DNA of 53,654 bases, filler included, from Jimgerdemannia flammicorona (Eukaryota): the NCBI GenBank assembly GCA_003990765.1. It is 3 parts of 3 records of this genome, joined end to end, with 100 filler letters (N's around TTAATTAATTAA, not from the genome) between each part and the next. Parts side by side here need not be neighbours in the genome. Positions count along the whole stretch, not along the records: positions 35,846 to 53,654 come from RBNJ01002397.1; 2 more parts are not named here. One strand, written 5' to 3'. Under the pieces are notes generated by a model that was not told the origin of the DNA, did not search any database, and saw only the letters and a list, made by a program, of their open reading frames with translations. Below are positions 47,978 to 53,654 of the stretch, piece after piece. Made by a program: the position numbers and the translations under genes. Position 1 is the stretch's first letter; every line of letters begins with the position of its first letter.

Positions 47978-49892
47978 ATGGACAGCAATGATCGAACTGG
48001 TGAGCATACTGGCCAGGGGGGTGTGGCGCCTTTGGCTGGCAGCAGGTGGGGAGGAGGGGAGATGGTCTGGGGATGCCAGGGGCCTCGATGGCTAGCCAAG
48101 GCCCTGGTGGTGGAGGGAGGGGTGGTCTGAGGCAGAGAGGAGGGGAGAGGTCGACCTTTGCTGACAAGGTCAGAATGGGGAAGATGACTTCTGGGCTGGA
48201 TAGTTGGCTGGGCCTGGGGAAGGCACTGATGGCTACTGCTGGGGGTCAGGGAGGTGCACCCCAGGGTGCTTCTGGTGGTAGGGAAGGGGTCAGAGTAGGG
48301 GCTGGAGATGTGACTGCTGATGGGGCTGTGACTGGGGATCTGGCAAAAAATTCAGATGTGACAGCGGTTGGCAATTCCGGATATGGAGTGGGCATGAGGC
48401 CCGGGGACCTGGCTGATGGGGTGATGGGCATAGTGTCGGCTCCATTACTTAAGAAATCGAGATCAGAATTCATGGTCATGATGTGCTTCCAGGGCTTGGC
48501 AGTGACAGCGAGGATGATTTTGGGGCTGGTGGTGCAGGAGGCTAAAGGAGCAGTATTGGTGAAGTTCTTGAGGGGAAAAGAAGGGGTTGAGGTGGGGTTT
48601 GAGGAGGAAGACGCATTGTTGGCAGTCATGGAGAAGGGGGTGATGGTTGGCAGAGTTGTGGTCCCTATGGCCCGGTGCATATGTTGGGACACTCGAGTGG
48701 TACAGTTGATAGTGTTGGACCTCCTGACTGTATCAAAGGAAAGGACCAGGGAGTTGGTTGTGGAGGCAGTCAAGGAGTATGGCGAGATTGTGGATATTGG
48801 GTTCAAGGTCTGGGAGGGAATGGAGCTTAGAACTAGTGATGTCGATGTCAGGGTGAGGCTGGCTGGGAAGGAGAATACAGGGAAGTCAAGGGACTGGCCA
48901 GTGGCACTGTGGTGGGGACCGGTGGAGTGTAAGGTCACCAGGGTGAAGGGGACTCCAGAGGAGGAGGAGGATCTGTTGGAGGCTCTGGAGGACCTGGAAG
49001 GGGCAGTGGCAAGGAGGAGATTAGCCTGGAAGGAGTTTGAGGCCAGGATGGTGGTGGGGGAGGTGGATGGGAAGAGGATTCGGATGGAGAAGGGGGCCTG
49101 GGAAAAGATGCAGGGGAGGAGGATCCAGAAGGAGCTGTTGGCAAAGTTGGGTGGGGGTGAGGCTAGTGGAAGCTCAGGAGAGGGAGTTACAGGGTCGTGG
49201 GAGAGCGCCTGTACTGAGGGGGGAGAGATGGCCCAGAGTGAAGTTCAGATTGGGGGTGGGGAGGGAGGGAGGGCATTTTGGAGGCAGATGCCGAAATGGA
49301 TGAGGGTGTGCACCCTCAGTATAGTATTTTGGATGGGGCAGAGGGGGAGGAGGAGTTGATGGATGTGCTGGATGAGGAGTGGGATGAGTCAGTGAGGAGG
49401 AGTGCGTTGGTGGACCCTGAGGTGGATGGTGGACAAATCACTCAGGGGGCGGCAGAGGCAGTTGATGAGGAGAAGTGGATGTGGAAGACCTTGGAAGGGG
49501 TAGCGGCTGAAGAGCTGGGGGGTGAGGACTTCAGGGTGTTGGAGGAGAAGCATTGGGAGGAGATCCTACGGAGGGAGGAGGTGCCGAGGAAGATGAGGAA
49601 TGAGATCCTGGTGGTCCTCCTGGAGTCGGTTGAATATCAGGTTGATGATCAGCGAGAGGAGGAACTTAGGAGGATTGCGAGTGACAGAGCACTTTTCTTG
49701 TGGAATTCGAGAAAGGGACTGGAGAAGTGGCATGCTGTCTGCTTGGACTACAGGGCTGATATGGAGGAAGTGGACAGGGTGAAATGTCAGGAAATCTTGG
49801 GGGCACTGGATGCTCAGGATAATGCAGAGGGTGAATTGGAAGCTGAGCGGCACTTGGATCTGGTGGGAGATGAGATGAGTATGGAATTGTAG
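47978..49892 (+). pseudogene. LINE ORF1 (Gly-rich N-terminus, RRM-like middle, acidic C-terminus); frameshifts near 48020 and 49280
   Basis: ATG aligned with the open copy at 176 (-); ORF pieces 48046-49359 and 49278-49892. Confidence 0.8.
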
Positions 49893-49923
49893 AGTGGGGT
49901 CTCTACTGCAACATTTCTTCAAT

Positions 49924-52900
49924 ATGAACAGTACAACTAGGATTTTCTCATTGAACATTAATGGGCTACGGGGGTCGGCTAGGAGGAAGTTTATATTTGG
50001 TTGGCTTAAGGGACTGGATGCAGACCTCTTCTTACTGCAGGATGTTCATTATGAGGCGGATGTGGACTTACAGGATTAGACTAAGGAATGAGGGGGCACA
50101 GCAGTTTGGAGGGGGAAAGTGTGTATTCTCATTCAGAAAGGGATGGGGGACATTGGGAACATTGGACATTGGGGGTCTCAGGTGGTGTGGGGAGTGTGGA
50201 AGAGGCCTGGATGGGGCCTGCTGATGGTCGGGTCCTGTTACTGCCCAGCTGAGAGAGGGGAGAGGGTGGAATGGATCTGCGGATTGAAAGAGGCTGGTAT
50301 GGTGGGAGAAGTTGGGTTAGACTGTATGGGGGGTGACTTCAATATGGTATGGGATAAGGAGTTGGACAGAACTGATGGAGGGAGAGGCATGCAGGGTGAA
50401 AGTGGTGGGTTGGGTGACTGATTGGAGATGGAGAGGTTGTGTGCTCTAGTAGACTCAGGAAGACATTTTTGGGCTGATTGGTGGGTGTACACCCACTGGA
50501 CGGCAGGACTGGGCTCCAGGATTGACTGGGTTCAAACGGCAGAGTGTTGGGGAACTGATATCTGGTTGGTGCTGGAAGTCATATAGTGTCTGTGGTCTGA
50601 TCACTGGGGGCTGCTTGGAGGGAGGAGGTTTGGGGGAAATGCGGATGGGCTGGGACATTGGCAACTAAATTCTTCCCTGTTGGAGGATAGGGGGTTGTGG
50701 GAGGGATGGGAATCAGAGGTGGTTGGAAATATCGGCAGGTGGCAGGAACAGGGACTGGCGATTGGGGACCACTGGAGAAGGCTGAAGGCGAAGGCTCAGG
50801 AGTATTGGAGGGAAGCGGGGAAAGGGAAGTGTGCCCAGCAAAGGCGGCGGGTGCTGTGGGCCTCGCAGCATCTGGCTGCACTCATGGAGAGATGGGCAGG
50901 TGTGTTGGAGGATGGGACCATGACTGATTGGCATATTGTAAGGATCCGGCAGGAGGTGGAGGAGCTCAAAGGGGTTTTACGCAGGGAGGAGAAGGAGCAG
51001 TTGCAGGGAATGGTGGTCTACCTGCGGTGGCAGGGGCTTGAGGAGGGGGAGAGGCCTACCAGATTCTTGTCACAGTTGTTATAAGTACGACGAACAAGAC
51101 AATGGTGGGAGGGTGTTCTGGATGAGAATGGCAAGCTGGTGGTGGAGACTCTAGCGATTCTGGGCCTACTGCGAACCCAGTGGGGGAATCTTTGGAGTGA
51201 GAAGGATGGGGGATTGGATGCCCTGGACATTGAAAGACAGCTGGGGGATTGGCACCCGGACCCTGCAGTTGGACTTGGGGCATTGGGGGACCCAGTGAGT
51301 GGGGAGGAGATTTGCAGGGTTGTGGCCTCAACGAGTAAGGAGACAGCTCCGGGAGAGGATGGGCTTCCCTGGGATTTTTGGCAGAAGATGACTGGGGTGG
51401 GTGAGGTGCTAGAGGAAATGACTGCTATGTGTGATGGAGTTTTTCGGTCTGGTGTCTGGATTGGGGGACAGCACTTAGGGCTGGTCTCTTTGCTCTTTAA
51501 GGACAATGGTAGGCGAGAGAACTGGAGGAACTGGTGGCCAATTATACTGCTCAACATGGACTGCAAATTGGTGACGAAAATCTTGGTGATGAGGTTGCAA
51601 GGCATCGCTCAGCAGGTTCTTGGTGTGGAGCAACATGGGTTTGTCGGTGGTTAGTTGATTCGAGATGGGACAGCCTGGGTTCATGGAGTAATTGAAGGTG
51701 CCTGGGTGACAGAGGTGGATGGCAGATTGGTGTTTCTGGACCAAGAGAAGGCTTATGATAGAGTGCAGAGGATATGGCTGGAAGGAGTGCTAAAGTGGAT
51801 TGGTATCCCACCAGGGGTCCAAAGTTCATTAATTAGCCTTCTGGAGGACAGTTGGGCAGCATTGGTCATCAATGGCCACAGGGGGGTGACTTTTCCCCTG
51901 GGACGTGGGGTACCACAAGGGGACCCCTTGTTGCCCATATTGTATGCTCTTTCCCTGGAGCTGCTACTGGACAGGATTTGGTATAAGATTGGAGGCTTAG
52001 ACATTTTAGGGGTGAACTGGAAGGTGGGGGCCTTTGCTGATGATATGGTGGTTGGGCTGGACTCTTTGGGAGATGTGGGAGAGTTACAGAGGACTGTGGA
52101 ATGGTATGAGCGGGGTTCTGGTACTAAACTTAACTGGCACAAATGTGAGATACTGGTGCTGGGTGCTGGAATTGTTGGTGGCAATGTTATTGGGACAGTG
52201 GTGCCGGCGGGTGAACCAGTGTGCTACTTGGGGATCTACTTCTCGGTGTTCGGATCTCTTCTTCCCTGGGCGTGGTGGGACCATAAACTTCTGGAGTGGG
52301 GTAATGTCTTGCTGTGATGGGGAGGCCGGTATATGTCTCTTGCCGGAAGGGTGATGGTGTTGAATGTGTACTGGATGCCGAAGCTGTGATATGTTGAATA
52401 TCATTTGGATTTCCCAACCTGGGTGGTTAAGGAGTTGTCGAAGATGGCGAGGTCATGGATCTGGGGAGGATGGCGAAGCCAGGTTGGTTGGGAGGTGCTC
52501 ACACTACCCTTGGAAAGAGGTGGGCTAGGCCTAGTAGACTTTGCTAAGCGGCTTCTATGTCTGAGAGCCTGGTGGCTGCATAGGGCGAGCAAGCTCAGGG
52601 GGCAGGAGTGGGTGCCACTCATGCAGAGGTTGTGGGAGGTTCGGTACTCCCCACATGGTAGCTCTGGGGATCTGCTTGCGATGGTGGCCATGGAAGGGAG
52701 CAGGAAGATGTGGTTTACAGGCTTTTGGTGGGGGGTGGTAGATGGTGCTAAGAAGATTGGACTTCGGTGGCGAGGTGAAGAAGCTGAGGAGATTTGGGGA
52801 CTGTGGATGTGGCGGTGGGACAGGCTTCTATTGGGTGGTGTCCTGGTAGAGGACTTTCAGCTTGGCAAGGGCCTGGAGTGTTTGTGAGGCCTAGGTGAGG

Positions 52901-53586
52901 ACCTGTGGCCTGAAGCCTGGTAGAGGGTTGGAATTGGAGAGGAGTGGGATTGGAATGGACTCTGGTGTTGGAGCAAATGGGTGTGGCAGTAGCTGCCCCC
53001 CAAGTTCTGGGTGGTGTGGTTGCGGGTCCTATGGCGGAATGTGATGTTGAACTATTGGTCTGGACACTTGGTGGATGGTGGGGTATTCGAGTATGAGGAT
53101 TGTTTTAATGTGGGTCAGGAGGGAGGAGTGATACAAATACCTGAACATTGGCTTGGGGAATGCGAGGTTTTGGGGGAGTTTTGGAGAGGTGTTGGGGATA
53201 GGGTAGGGCTGGGTGCCATGGAGGGAGAGGTAGGGGGGAGATGGGGAGAGCTCCGCCAGCAACTGGTGGGTGGAGTTGAGGACGAATGGCTGACCCTTAG
53301 TTGGGCTTTAGCTATGTGGGTTGGGCTGACTGGTCATTGGGTTTATGTATTTGAGGAAGTGCACCGGGTCGGGGTTGGTGATAAGATGGCCCGGTAGGAA
53401 TAGTTGATGTTGGATATTTTGAATAGCTGGTAGCAGGGTTGGGGGATGGGTGGGGGGTACCGCAGGGGTCTGGTGCAGTGTATCGCCCAGAAGAGTGGTG
53501 AGAGGGTTCAGGTAGTGGGTAATTGGGTGGTACTCAGGCAGGGAGAGGTTGAGGGGGGGGGTTTGGGCCCCCAGGGCATTGGTTGA
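49924..53586 (+). pseudogene. LINE ORF2: APE endonuclease plus reverse transcriptase, with premature stops
   Basis: FSLNINGL, GGDFN, SRID, WSDH, APGEDGLP, FLDQEKAYDRV, GVPQGDPL, AFADDM, YLG, EHWLGEC. Confidence 0.92.
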
Positions 53587-53654
53587 GGGTAGGGGTGGCA
53601 TTGTATTGTTTACATTATAGACTTCGTAATAAAGGGCAGTCCAAGAGACTATAA

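Larger units (their letters stand above)
47900..53654 (+). mobile_element. Near full-length L1/Tx1-like LINE (least decayed copy)
   Basis: Conserved 5' end, ORF1, 31-nt spacer, ORF2, AATAAA at 53628; the window ends at the start of the tail. Confidence 0.95.

Noticed and set aside
48246..48938. Long antisense ORFs over LINE ORF1 (also 7528-8094, 5938-6357, 51018-51605)
   Set aside because: Shadow ORFs from the strong G/C strand skew; Ser/Pro/Thr-rich with no motifs.

Overview
Repeat-rich eukaryotic DNA, probably from an early-diverging fungus (Mucoromycota/Endogonales-like; inferred from intron style, a kelch-TM gene family and a Crinkler-type gene). The window is three contigs of near-identical, descending length (17,824, 17,821 and 17,809 bp) joined by N/TTAATTAATTAA spacers, so they are probably unlinked. 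Host genes lie in a CpG-rich island (about 17.9-25.9 kb): a MARCH5-like RING-CH E3 ligase head-to-head with PDCD5, and a duplicated, disrupted kelch-repeat single-pass membrane gene. A Crinkler-like nuclease pseudogene lies at 47.1-47.7 kb. The rest is nested, C->T-decayed transposons: L1/Tx1-like LINEs, a Copia relic, an Ngaro-type tyrosine-recombinase element, a hAT foldback MITE and several Ty3/Gypsy chromoviruses. The main candidate novelty is a chromovirus lineage organised like a complex retrovirus. It has a conserved extra Gag N-terminal domain, a dUTPase between NC and protease, a CxH-x12-CxxC motif and a possible small ORF before the PPT. Its ~2.06-kb LTR encodes a 365-aa acidic protein in U3, and a distant homolog of that protein occurs in a second LTR-like insert at about 14.0-14.9 kb.
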